Source of the DNA: Planctomycetota bacterium
Lineage (GTDB): Bacteria; Planctomycetota; UBA1135; UBA2386
Reading direction: 5' to 3'
Length of the DNA stretch: 64,000 nucleotides
NCBI GenBank assembly: GCA_016794565.1
Contig: JAEUHQ010000103.1
Coordinates: forward strand, 14,841 to 78,840
A program made the position numbers and the translations under genes. The notes beneath the pieces were generated by a model, which worked only from the letters and a program-made list of their open reading frames with translations, was not told the origin of the DNA and ran no database searches. How positions within the stretch are numbered: the first letter of the stretch is position 1; every line of letters starts with the position of its first letter. Positions 38,726 through 47,190 of the stretch are shown here, in pieces.

Positions 38726-38869
38726 ATGGCGACGTCCACTCCCCCCGACCTCTGGCTGCTCTTCACCGCCGGAGCCTCGCTCTGCCTCCTCGCCGCGGCG
38801 TGGCGCCTGCGACGCGAGCCCTCGGGACCGGACCGGACCGACGCACCCGGCGCCACTCCGCCGAACTGA
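38726..38869 (+). CDS. speculative 47-aa single-helix membrane peptide
   Basis: ATG 38726, in frame with track ORF 37868..38869. The peptide is MATSTPPDLWLLFTAGASLCLLAAAWRLRREPSGPDRTDAPGATPPN, with one hydrophobic helix followed by a basic stretch. It lies in an unusually long intergenic gap. There is no other support. Confidence 0.2.
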   Translation: MATSTPPDLWLLFTAGASLCLLAAAWRLRREPSGPDRTDAPGATPPN

Positions 38870-39085
38870 CGCAACGGGCAGAAACGGCGAACGGACGCAC
38901 CGAGGCGACTCGCGACCGGGGTGGCCACCCCACCGGGGAAAGGCCGAAGGCGGGACGGCGGCGGCGACCCGTCCATCGCAGCGCGGCGTTGCCGGAGCGC
39001 CCCGGCATCCCGCGACGACCGCCCTCGTTGCCTGCCGTCCGCGGGCTACTATTCGGTGCGCAGCACCTCGGCTGGCATCCCCCGC

Positions 39086-40204
39086 ATGCGGACCCGCGAT
39101 TTCTGGACCCTCGCCGCGACGTTGTCGCTCATCGCCAGCCTGGGACTCGTGTTCCTCGGCCAGGAGACCTGGGCCGACGGAACGCGCCCCGACGCTCACG
39201 AGCCGGCCCACGTCGCGACCTCCGAGACCCGGACCGCGAACGGCGCGCCGACCGACGCCGCCGCGGTCGTCTCCGCGCAAGGCCCCGAGGCAGCCCCGGC
39301 GATCGCTCGCAAGAGCGAAGCAGGGGTCACCGACGCGACGACGGGCGTGATCCGCGGCGACATCCCGATCGCCGTGTCGATCCTCGACCGCATCCAGTCG
39401 ATCACGATCCACGTCGAAGAGGGACGCAACGCGATCGACGGCGACGGCCAGTTCCGGCCGCGACGCACGTTCCTCGAACACGCGAAGCTCGGTCCGGGCA
39501 CGCCGACGTTCGAAGTGCGCAACGTCCCGTTCTCGGAGTATCCGTGGATCGTCACGGCCTTCGCGCCCGGCCTGAACGGCGGCCGCGCGACCGTGATGCT
39601 GAACGCCGAGCATCCCGTCGCGGACGTCGCTCTGCCCGTCACCCCGGCGGCGCCGTTCACCATCCTGCTGCGCGACCAGGACCAGGCGCCGTACGTCGGC
39701 GTCGAGATCGTGCTGCAGCCCGTCGGCGAACCCGCCGGCCGCCCGAAGAAGGTCGCGACGACGGACTCGTACGGCAGCGCGGTCTACGAGGATCTGCTCG
39801 GCGGCGAGTACCGCGCGTTCCTCTCGATCGCCGGCCAGCCTCTCGAGGATCCGCAGTCCTTCGTGGTCCCGACCGCGACGCACGTCGTCGCGAGCACGGT
39901 GCAGGGCCATGGCACTACGATCACCATCGCGCGCGGCATGCCGCTGCAGGTTCGGGTCGCGGACGTTCGCGGCTACGGACTCGCCGACGTGACGGTCACC
40001 GCCACCGCGACGGATCAGGTCCGGCACAAGGCGATCGAACTCACCACGGATGCGACCGGCGTCGTCACATTCCCGCGCCTCCTGCCCGGCACGTGGCAGA
40101 TCGACGTCCAGCGCACCGACTACCAGCGCAGCACGCGGCAGGTCACCGCCCGCGCCGGCGAACCGATCGAACCGATCGAGTTCCAGCTCGTCCGCCTGCG
40201 CTGA
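39086..40204 (+). CDS. signal-anchored/secreted protein with CarboxypepD_reg-like Ig repeats
   Basis: ATG at 39086, in frame with track ORF 38921..40204; 372 aa. N-terminal helix is FWTLAATLSLIASLGLVFL. Repeats are of the type VIRGDIPIAV..., FTILLRDQDQAPYVGVEIVLQP...TTDSYGSAVYEDLLGGEY and LQVRVADVRGYGLADVTVTATA...TTDATGVVTFPRLLPGTW. Confidence 0.6.
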   Translation: MRTRDFWTLAATLSLIASLGLVFLGQETWADGTRPDAHEPAHVATSETRTANGAPTDAAAVVSAQGPEAAPAIARKSEAGVTDATTGVIRGDIPIAVSILDRIQSITIHVEEGRNAIDGDGQFRPRRTFLEHAKLGPGTPTFEVRNVPFSEYPWIVTAFAPGLNGGRATVMLNAEHPVADVALPVTPAAPFTILLRDQDQAPYVGVEIVLQPVGEPAGRPKKVATTDSYGSAVYEDLLGGEYRAFLSIAGQPLEDPQSFVVPTATHVVASTVQGHGTTITIARGMPLQVRVADVRGYGLADVTVTATATDQVRHKAIELTTDATGVVTFPRLLPGTWQIDVQRTDYQRSTRQVTARAGEPIEPIEFQLVRLR

Positions 40205-40279
40205 TTCGTACCGCCGGCACAGATCGTCAACGGCGATCGCTTCCGACGCGTCGTTGGCTTGGGTAGATTCCGCCGGCCC

Positions 40280-40759
40280 ATGGCCCAGCCGCTCGTCGAC
40301 CTCGCCGCCCTCGACCTGAGCAGGAACGTCGTCAGCGAAGAGGATCTGCGCCAGGTGCTCCCGCATCGGGGAACTTTCCAGCTGCTCGACGGCGTGTGCC
40401 ACCTCGACCTCGAGCAAGGCGTGGCGGTCGGCTACAAGGACTGGCCGGCCGATGCCTGGTGGGCGAAGGATCACGTGCCGGGCAAGCCTCTGATGCCGGG
40501 CGTCCTGATGATCGAAGGCGCTGCCCAGATCGCGACGTTCCTCGTCAAGAAGGTCGCATCGTGGGAGATCGACCGCTTCGTCGGACTCGCCGGCGTGAAC
40601 GACGTGCGCGTGCGCGGCCAAGTCGTGCCGCCGGCGCGCGTCTACTTCGTGAGCGGCAACTGCAAGGTCTCGGGTCGCCGCATGGCGCGCATGCCGGCGC
40701 AGGTCTTCTGCAACGGGCAGATGACGATGGAACTCGAACTGCTCGGGGTGATGTTGTGA
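40280..40759 (+). CDS. FabZ/FabA-like 3-hydroxyacyl-thioester dehydratase (hot-dog fold)
   Basis: ATG at 40280, in frame with track ORF 40259..40759; 159 aa. LPHRGTFQLLDGV and WWAKDHVPGKPLMPGVLMIEGAAQ carry the catalytic His and Glu contexts. Confidence 0.8.
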   Translation: MAQPLVDLAALDLSRNVVSEEDLRQVLPHRGTFQLLDGVCHLDLEQGVAVGYKDWPADAWWAKDHVPGKPLMPGVLMIEGAAQIATFLVKKVASWEIDRFVGLAGVNDVRVRGQVVPPARVYFVSGNCKVSGRRMARMPAQVFCNGQMTMELELLGVML

Positions 40760-42660
40760 CCGCTGCCGCAGCGGCCGCACCGGCGCCGCTGCCGCGCTGG
40801 TTCCTGCTGCTGCCGCTCGTCGTCGCCGCCGCCTGGTGGCCGCTGGCGCCGTACTGGAAGAGCGACGACTTCCTGATGCTGCACCACGCGAACGACGCGG
40901 CGCGCGTGCTCGGCGACTTCGTCGGACCGCAGTACGGCGCGACCGACGTCTGGTACTTCTGGCGCCCGCTGATGACGGCGAGCTTCTGGCTCGAACTGCA
41001 GCTCGGCGGCGGGCCGTCGCCGATGCTGTCGCACACGACGAACGTGCTCGTGCACGCGGGCAGCGCGCTGCTCGTGGCCCTCCTGTGGCGGCGCTGGATC
41101 GGCGGAGCGCGCGGTTTCGTCGCCGGCCTCGTCTGGGGACTGATGCCGGGACACGAAGGCGCCATCACGTGGGCCGTGGGCCGCAGCGACGTGCACGGCA
41201 CGTTCTGGTCGCTGCTCGCGATGCTGTGGTTCTGTCGGCGTCTCGAGGGGCGCGCACCGTGGTGGCCGTCGCTCCTCGCGACGACGTGTGCGCTGATGAC
41301 GAAGGAGATCGCGTTCGTGCTGCCGGCCGCGGCGACACTGCTCGCGTACTGCCGCGATCCGGGTCGCGGTGCAGGCACCGCCCTGCGCGCGGCGGCGCCG
41401 ATCTGGGCGGTCTTCGCGGTGTGTTTCGGATGGCGATTCCTCGCGCTCGGTCGCCTCGGCGGCTACGGCGACATGCCGCTCGCGCCGCTCCCGATGCTGC
41501 TCGGCTTCGGCCACGTCGTCGCCGACCTGCTCGTACCGCTGCGCTACGCGGGAGCGACAGCGTCGCACTGGGCGTGGCTCGGCGCGGCGCCGGTCGCGCT
41601 CGTGATGCTCTGGCACTTCGCGCGCGGCGGTCCGCGGCGGCTCGCCGCGTCGACCGCGATGTTCGTCGCCGCGTGTGCGCCGATGGCGCCGTTCTTCGCC
41701 GCCTTCGCGAACACGCACAACCTCCGCTACTACTGCCTCCCCACCGCCGCGCTCGCCGGACTGTTCGCGCTGCCGCACCGCTGGTCCGCCGCCGCGCTGC
41801 TGCTGCTCGCGGCGTGGACCGCGCCGTTCGTCGCGCTGCGCAGCGCGGTGCACGACGCCGACGCGAAGGCGCGCGCAATGCACGGTGCCCTGCTGCAGCT
41901 CGCCCGCACCACGCCCACCGAACCGATCTTCGTCGCCGGTCTGCCGACCAGCGAAGGCGCCGCGGCCGTCGTCTTCCACTTCGGCGTGGACCGCATGCTG
42001 GCGCCGCCCTTCACGGAGCGGACCCACCGGTTGCTGCCGCTGCGGCCGGTCGTCGCCGGCGGATTCTCGCTCGGCGAGGATCGTGCGGACTTCGAGGCGC
42101 TGCCGGCAGGTTCGACGTGGCAGTTCGCGCGACCCGATCTGCTCGCGCAGCGGACCGCAGTGTCGCCGTTGCCCGACCTGCCGATCGCCGGTGACGACCG
42201 CGGCGTCGTCGACGTGACCTCCGGGCGTCTCGCGGCGATGGAGAAGGACGAGCGCGGCCTGTGCCTCGACACCGGCGTCGCGCGGACTCAGGCCTGCCGG
42301 CTCACGATCTTCACGGCGCTCGGCTACCTCGCATGCCTGTTCCCCGACCACGGGAAGGAAGGCGAACGGCACGGCGCCATCGACATGCTGCAGTTCTTCG
42401 CCGGCGAGCGTGCGCTCGGCCTGCCGCCCGAGACGGCACGGCCCACGTTCGCTTCGTTCGCCCCCGGCGCGTTCGCGACCTTCGCGCTCGGCATCCCGAC
42501 CACCCACGACCTCGTGCCCGAGTTCCCCGCGCTCGTCGAAGTCGGCTCGATGCAGGGCGACACGTTCGTGCCGTCGCACAGGGCCCGCCGGCTGTTGACG
42601 CTCCGCTTCGACCGCGGCTATCAGGCATGGGTCCGGCGCGCTTTCAACCTCGGCGGCTGA
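40756..42660 (+). CDS. polytopic membrane protein, GT-C-like (PMT_2/TMTC-like N-terminal region) with ~240-aa soluble C-terminal domain
   Basis: GTG at 40756 overlaps the FabZ-like stop (GTGA) and is in frame with track ORF 40396..42660. PYWKSDDFLMLHHAND, then more than 10 hydrophobic helices, then a soluble tail. The family call is tentative. Confidence 0.55.
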   Translation: MTAAAAAAPAPLPRWFLLLPLVVAAAWWPLAPYWKSDDFLMLHHANDAARVLGDFVGPQYGATDVWYFWRPLMTASFWLELQLGGGPSPMLSHTTNVLVHAGSALLVALLWRRWIGGARGFVAGLVWGLMPGHEGAITWAVGRSDVHGTFWSLLAMLWFCRRLEGRAPWWPSLLATTCALMTKEIAFVLPAAATLLAYCRDPGRGAGTALRAAAPIWAVFAVCFGWRFLALGRLGGYGDMPLAPLPMLLGFGHVVADLLVPLRYAGATASHWAWLGAAPVALVMLWHFARGGPRRLAASTAMFVAACAPMAPFFAAFANTHNLRYYCLPTAALAGLFALPHRWSAAALLLLAAWTAPFVALRSAVHDADAKARAMHGALLQLARTTPTEPIFVAGLPTSEGAAAVVFHFGVDRMLAPPFTERTHRLLPLRPVVAGGFSLGEDRADFEALPAGSTWQFARPDLLAQRTAVSPLPDLPIAGDDRGVVDVTSGRLAAMEKDERGLCLDTGVARTQACRLTIFTALGYLACLFPDHGKEGERHGAIDMLQFFAGERALGLPPETARPTFASFAPGAFATFALGIPTTHDLVPEFPALVEVGSMQGDTFVPSHRARRLLTLRFDRGYQAWVRRAFNLGG

Positions 42661-42703
42661 ACCCGCGGAGCGATTCGATATCCTGCGCCCCCCCACGGAC
42701 GGC

Positions 42704-44371
42704 ATGCACCCAGCGACCCCGATGACCACGCCGACCCCGCCCGCCGCGTTGCGTGGGTTGCCGAGCAACGTCGGGTGGACACTGACCGCGTTCGTCGTCG
42801 TCGCGCTGCTGATCCGCCTCCCCTTCCTCGACCACAGTGTGTGGTTCGACGAAGCATGCATGGCGAACCAGCGCATCGGCACCTGGCCGCAGCTGCTGGC
42901 CGTTCTGTATCGCGACATCCATCCGCCGCTGTACGTCGCGTTCATGTTCTGCTGGAACAGCGTGTTCGGCGACGGCGAGGCGTCGATGCGCATGCCGCCG
43001 CTGATCGCCGGCCTCGTGTCCATCCCGCTCACGTACTGGGCCGGGCACCGGCTCGTCGGCCGCAACGCGGCGTTGTGGGCGTCGATGTTCCTCGCCCTCT
43101 CGCCCGTGCACGTCTGGTACTCGGGGGAAGCGCGCCTCTACGCGCCCATGGTCGCATGCGCGCTCGTCGCCGTCGGCACCTTCGATCGGATCCTCGATCC
43201 GACCCTGCCGCGCCGTCGCTGGCTGTGGTGGGTGCACCTCGCGAACGTCGCGGTGATGCTCTCGCTGCACTACTACCTCGCGGTGCTGGTCGTCCTGCTG
43301 GCGGTAGCGGCCCCGCTGCTGCGCGGCTTCGACCGTACGGCGGTCGCCATCACGCTGTGGCACGGCGTCGGGCTGCTGCTGCTCGGCGCATTCGCAGCCG
43401 CGAAGATCGCGATCGGCGAGCTGGCGACCGACCAGGACTACCTCCGCGCCATGACCGCGAAGGAGCTGTACCTGTTCGTGTTCGACTGGTGCTGGACGGG
43501 GCACACGCTGCTCGCGGTCGACAACCTGCTCGACGACCTGGCCGCGTGGTCGCAGGAGGCGATCGGGATCGTGCTGATCGCAGTGGGCGTCGTCCAGCTC
43601 GTGAAGGCTCGCCGAGCTCAGCCGGCGGGGCTGCTCGTTCCAGCGTTCGCGCTCGCGATCCCGACCTTCCTGTGGGGCGCTGCTCTCGTCGGCCTCGACA
43701 AGACGTACATCGAACGCAGTGCGCTGCCGTCGCTGCCGTTCGTCTACCTTCTCGCCGGCTGCGGACTCGCGAACCTGCCTTCGACGGCGCGCCGCACGGT
43801 CGGCGGCGCCGTGCTCCTCCTCTGCATCGCATCCCTCATCGCGCTGCACGCGTTCCACCAGGAGCACTGGACGGTCTACAAGCCGCACCCCGACTGGCGA
43901 TCCGCCACCGCGTACCTGTCGCGCGAGATCGACCACGACGGCGCCGGGCGCGCGGTCTTCACGTCGACTCCGAATCCACGATCGCTGTCGTACTACGACG
44001 ACCGCATCCAGCACGTGCAGAACCTGACTTCGCCCGAGACCCCGGAGGCCGTCGGCGAGAAGGTCCGCAAGAGGCTCGGCCGGACCATCGGCGACTACGC
44101 CGAGGGCGTCTTCCGCGAGTTCGTCGCGCACGACGCCCGCCTGCTCGCGAATGCGAAGATGCTCGTGCACCGGAGCGCCAGCGACCCGGACCGGCTACGT
44201 GCGCTCGCGCCGATGCCCGACGGCATCTGCTATCTCGTGCGCGACCACTGGCACCCGAACCCGGCCGTCGACCACACGATCGAGGACCTTCTCGTGAACC
44301 CGCGGGTGCAGGTGCTCGAGAGCAGACACTTCGTCGCGGTCTCCGTGCACAAGGTGAGGCTCTTGCCGTGA
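42704..44371 (+). CDS. GT-C family glycosyltransferase (family 39/ArnT-PMT-like)
   Basis: 555-aa ORF. FLDHSVWFDEACMA, DIHPPLYVAFMFCWNSVFG, SMRMPPLIAGLVSIPLTYW and SGEARLYAPMVA, plus multiple transmembrane helices and a soluble C-terminal domain. Confidence 0.7.
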   Translation: MHPATPMTTPTPPAALRGLPSNVGWTLTAFVVVALLIRLPFLDHSVWFDEACMANQRIGTWPQLLAVLYRDIHPPLYVAFMFCWNSVFGDGEASMRMPPLIAGLVSIPLTYWAGHRLVGRNAALWASMFLALSPVHVWYSGEARLYAPMVACALVAVGTFDRILDPTLPRRRWLWWVHLANVAVMLSLHYYLAVLVVLLAVAAPLLRGFDRTAVAITLWHGVGLLLLGAFAAAKIAIGELATDQDYLRAMTAKELYLFVFDWCWTGHTLLAVDNLLDDLAAWSQEAIGIVLIAVGVVQLVKARRAQPAGLLVPAFALAIPTFLWGAALVGLDKTYIERSALPSLPFVYLLAGCGLANLPSTARRTVGGAVLLLCIASLIALHAFHQEHWTVYKPHPDWRSATAYLSREIDHDGAGRAVFTSTPNPRSLSYYDDRIQHVQNLTSPETPEAVGEKVRKRLGRTIGDYAEGVFREFVAHDARLLANAKMLVHRSASDPDRLRALAPMPDGICYLVRDHWHPNPAVDHTIEDLLVNPRVQVLESRHFVAVSVHKVRLLP

Positions 44372-45111
44372 CCGACGGCCCGACCGGCGCCATCGATCCC
44401 GAGCTGTCGGTCGTCGTCGCGTGCTATCAGGAGGAACGGCACCTCCGGGACTCGGTTCGCGAGCTGACGACCACGCTCACCGCTCTCGGCCGCGCGTTCG
44501 AGCTGATCTTCGTCGAGGATGCGAGCGAGGACGGCACCGCGTCGGTCGTGCGCGACATCGTGGCGGAGCGACCGGAAGCACGCGCGATCTTCCACTCCGC
44601 GAACGTCGGCCGCGGGGGCACGGTGACCGAGGGCTTCCTCGCCGCGCGCGGCCGGGTCGTCGGCTTCCTCGACATCGACCTCGAAGTGCACTGCCGCCAC
44701 CTGCCGGCGCTCCTCGCGGCGATCGACGCGGGCGCCGACGGGGCCACGGCGTTCCGTCACTACCGGGCGAGCCTGTGGCCGCCACACCTGCTGCGCGAAC
44801 TGCTCAGCAAGGGCTACCGGTGGCTGTTCCGCCGCATGTTCGACGTGCCGTTCCACGACCCGGAAGCAGGGTTCAAGTTCTTCGTCCGCGAGAGGATCGT
44901 GCCCGTCGTCCGCACGACGCAGGACCGCGGCTGGTTCTGGGACAGCGAGATCATGGTGCTCGCCCACCGAGCCGGCCTCCGCGTCGTGGAGGTGCCGTGC
45001 CCGTTCGAGCGACGCACCGACAAGAAGTCGACCGTGCGTCTGTTCCGCGACGTGTGGCGCTACCTCGTCGCGATGCGTGCGTTCCGCGCACGGCTGCGCG
45101 CCGGGCGCTGA
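44368..45111 (+). CDS. GT2 family glycosyltransferase (polyprenol-phosphate sugar synthase-like, DPM1/ArnC type)
   Basis: GTG at 44368 overlaps the upstream stop (GTGA) and is in frame with track ORF 42775..45111; 247 aa. LSVVVACYQEE, ELIFVEDASEDGT, GRGGTVTEGF, GFLDIDLE. Confidence 0.8.
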   Translation: MTDGPTGAIDPELSVVVACYQEERHLRDSVRELTTTLTALGRAFELIFVEDASEDGTASVVRDIVAERPEARAIFHSANVGRGGTVTEGFLAARGRVVGFLDIDLEVHCRHLPALLAAIDAGADGATAFRHYRASLWPPHLLRELLSKGYRWLFRRMFDVPFHDPEAGFKFFVRERIVPVVRTTQDRGWFWDSEIMVLAHRAGLRVVEVPCPFERRTDKKSTVRLFRDVWRYLVAMRAFRARLRAGR

Positions 45112-45114
45112 CCG

Positions 45115-45744
45115 TCACTCGGCGAACAACTGCACATCGAGCTGCAGCGACAGCCCGACCAGGTCCTCGAGGACACGCGGCTCGATCGCGAAGCCGCCCA
45201 TCCGCTCCACGCAGCCGCGCAGCTGCACGGTCACGCCCGCCCACGTGACGCCCCGCATCGCAGCGACATCGCGCCAGCCGCTGCGTGCGCGCAGCAGCGC
45301 GAGGAGCTCCGCGACCTTCTCCTCCGGCCAGTGGAAGCCGCGCGGCAGCACCTCGTGGATCCACAAGCCTTCGTCACGCACGTGCCGGCCGTGCGGGCCG
45401 GACTCGCCTTTCGCGAACGCACGCGTCGGCGCGAGGTCGAGTGCACGCGTGATGCGATCGGGCGGGACGTCGTCGAGCACGAGACGCAGGCCGACGACCG
45501 CACCCGGCACGACGGTGAGCTCGCGTTCGTCCCAGCGCTCCCCCGTGCGGCGCCACTGCACCTCGAGGAAGAACGAATCCGGCTGCAGCCGGTAGCTCGT
45601 CACGCCGCGGTCGCCGTCCTGGTGCACGCGTCCCGGCGACGCGTGGCCCCACGCCGGCTGGCGCTCGACGAGGGCGCGCACGAGGTCGTTGTTGCTGCAG
45701 CGCAGCCGCGACAGCGGCAGGTTCGGCAGCGCCCCGGCGGTCAC
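45115..45744 (-). CDS. DUF4279-like protein with unknown N-terminal half
   Basis: Track ORF 45115..45777. I prefer GTG 45744, which lies 1 nt after the Pus10-like stop. The C-terminal ~130 aa (VVGLRLVLDDVPPDRITRALDLAPTRAFAKGE...W...EEKVAELLALL...GFAIEPRVLEDLVGLSLQLDVQLF) match my recollection of the DUF4279 pattern. Confidence 0.5.
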   Translation of the reverse strand: MTAGALPNLPLSRLRCSNNDLVRALVERQPAWGHASPGRVHQDGDRGVTSYRLQPDSFFLEVQWRRTGERWDERELTVVPGAVVGLRLVLDDVPPDRITRALDLAPTRAFAKGESGPHGRHVRDEGLWIHEVLPRGFHWPEEKVAELLALLRARSGWRDVAAMRGVTWAGVTVQLRGCVERMGGFAIEPRVLEDLVGLSLQLDVQLFAE

Positions 45745-45745
45745 T

Positions 45746-46591
45746 TCACGCCTCCGTCGCCGAGCCGCCCGCAGCACCCGGCAACGGCCCTTGCACGTCG
45801 TCCGTCAGGATCTCCTCGACGTCGAGCACGGCGCAGGTGCAGGGCACCTGCAGCAGCGACGACAGCGACGGGGAGGTGCGCCCTTCGTCGCCGGAGATCC
45901 ACTCCTTCACGTACGTCCCGTGCTGGCACGACACGCGCAGTTCGAGGGAGTCGGGCGTGAGCGCGCGGAGGTCGAGAATGCGGACGTCGCGGATGCGATC
46001 GAGATCGGCCCGGCGATGCGAGACGCGTTGCGGCGTGCGCTGCACGATCGTGCCCGCGAACGTCGACGCCGCGGCGAGTGCCTCCGGCGTCGGCGCCGCG
46101 GAGCACGCGACTTCGGCGCGGTAGATCTTGTCGAAGTTGGTCTGCTTCCAGTAGACGACGCGCTCGCGCGTCACGCGCACGAACGGCGCGAGTTCGATGG
46201 CGCCTTCGGAGCGGGCGACGATGTCCTGCCGCAGCGCCTCGAGGTCGAGGTCCGGGCGCCGGGCGCCGACGACCTCGAACACGAACGGCCGGCCGCGGCC
46301 CAGCATCAGCACGTCGATGTCCTCGCGCCCCGCGCCGTGGAAGCTGCCTGCCTTCGCCTGCATCTGCGGCAGCACGCGGCGGGCGATGATCTCCTGCACC
46401 GACTCCTTCGTCAGCTTGCCGAAGCCATCGCACTGCGGGCAGTCCTTGCGACGCCGCCGATCGCCCTTGCAGCGCGGGCAGTAGAAGACCGTCTGCGGCA
46501 GTCCGCGGCGCAGCTTGCGGTAGCGCGACTCGAGCCAGACGTCGGTGCGCGGGGTCGGGAACGAGAGATCGGTCGGCAGCGGCTCTGCCAT
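45746..46591 (-). CDS. Pus10-like tRNA pseudouridine synthase (short form: Zn-ribbon + catalytic domain, no obvious THUMP)
   Basis: 281-aa ORF. CPRCKGDRRRRKDCPQCDG is a Zn ribbon. HGAGREDIDVLMLGRGRPFVFEV matches the Pus10 catalytic-Asp motif GREDxDVRMLGxGRPF. GTYVKEWISGDEGRTSPSLSSLL matches the Pus10 YxKExxSGDxGRTxPS motif. Confidence 0.7.
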   Translation of the reverse strand: MAEPLPTDLSFPTPRTDVWLESRYRKLRRGLPQTVFYCPRCKGDRRRRKDCPQCDGFGKLTKESVQEIIARRVLPQMQAKAGSFHGAGREDIDVLMLGRGRPFVFEVVGARRPDLDLEALRQDIVARSEGAIELAPFVRVTRERVVYWKQTNFDKIYRAEVACSAAPTPEALAAASTFAGTIVQRTPQRVSHRRADLDRIRDVRILDLRALTPDSLELRVSCQHGTYVKEWISGDEGRTSPSLSSLLQVPCTCAVLDVEEILTDDVQGPLPGAAGGSATEA

Positions 46592-46649
46592 GGGGCGGGC
46601 AAGTGTGCCCCTCGTTCGACCGGAGGCAAGCGCCGCGAGCCGCGCGGGG

Positions 46650-47078
46650 TCAGCTGGTCGCCGGCGCCGGGGCGGCCTGTCGGTTCTGCTTGCGCAGCGT
46701 CGAGTTCTTGCGTTCCGTCCGGCGCTCGAGGAAACGGCCCAGCAGGCCGAAGAACTCGCGCACGTCGATCGGCACCTGCAGGAACGAGTGGATGTTGCAC
46801 TTGCTCTTCTCGACGGCCATGTCGCGCACGTTGCGCGGCGCCGTCAGGACGAACAGCTCGCTGCTCGTGTCGAACGAGCGCAGGTGGTGCAACAGCTTGA
46901 CGGTGTCCTTCTCACGCGGATCGACGCCGAGGAAGACGCAGTCGAAGGCCTTGCCGCGCGCTTCATTGATGCCCGCGTAACCCGTGCCGACGGTCACGTG
47001 GAACTCGGGGAACTGCTGCAGACCGACCTTCACCTGGTCGCGCACCAGAGGATCCTTCTCGACGAGCAACACTTCCAT
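46650..47078 (-). CDS. stand-alone receiver (CheY-like) domain protein, atypical
   Basis: ATG at 47078, in frame with track ORF 46650..47285; 142 aa. MEVLLVEKDP, the phospho-acceptor context FDCVFLGVD and VLTAP. The usual K-P position reads FLQVPI, so the conserved Lys is absent. Confidence 0.65.
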   Translation of the reverse strand: MEVLLVEKDPLVRDQVKVGLQQFPEFHVTVGTGYAGINEARGKAFDCVFLGVDPREKDTVKLLHHLRSFDTSSELFVLTAPRNVRDMAVEKSKCNIHSFLQVPIDVREFFGLLGRFLERRTERKNSTLRKQNRQAAPAPATS

Positions 47079-47190
47079 GGCGGAGCCTGCTATCGGCACC
47101 TCCGGGGTCCGCCGCGCACGTTCTCGCGGTCGCGGCGATGGCATCGGGCGCTTGACCTGCTCCCTGCCGTGCAGTGTCGTGCCCGCGCCC

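Noticed and set aside
38628-40266. ORFs 38628..39350, 38692..40266 and 38711..40780 (-) overlapping the long spacer and the 39086-40204 gene
   Set aside because: They give Arg/Pro/Gly-rich low-complexity translations. The alternative frame from ATG 39086 gives a signal-anchored protein with recognisable Ig-like repeats.
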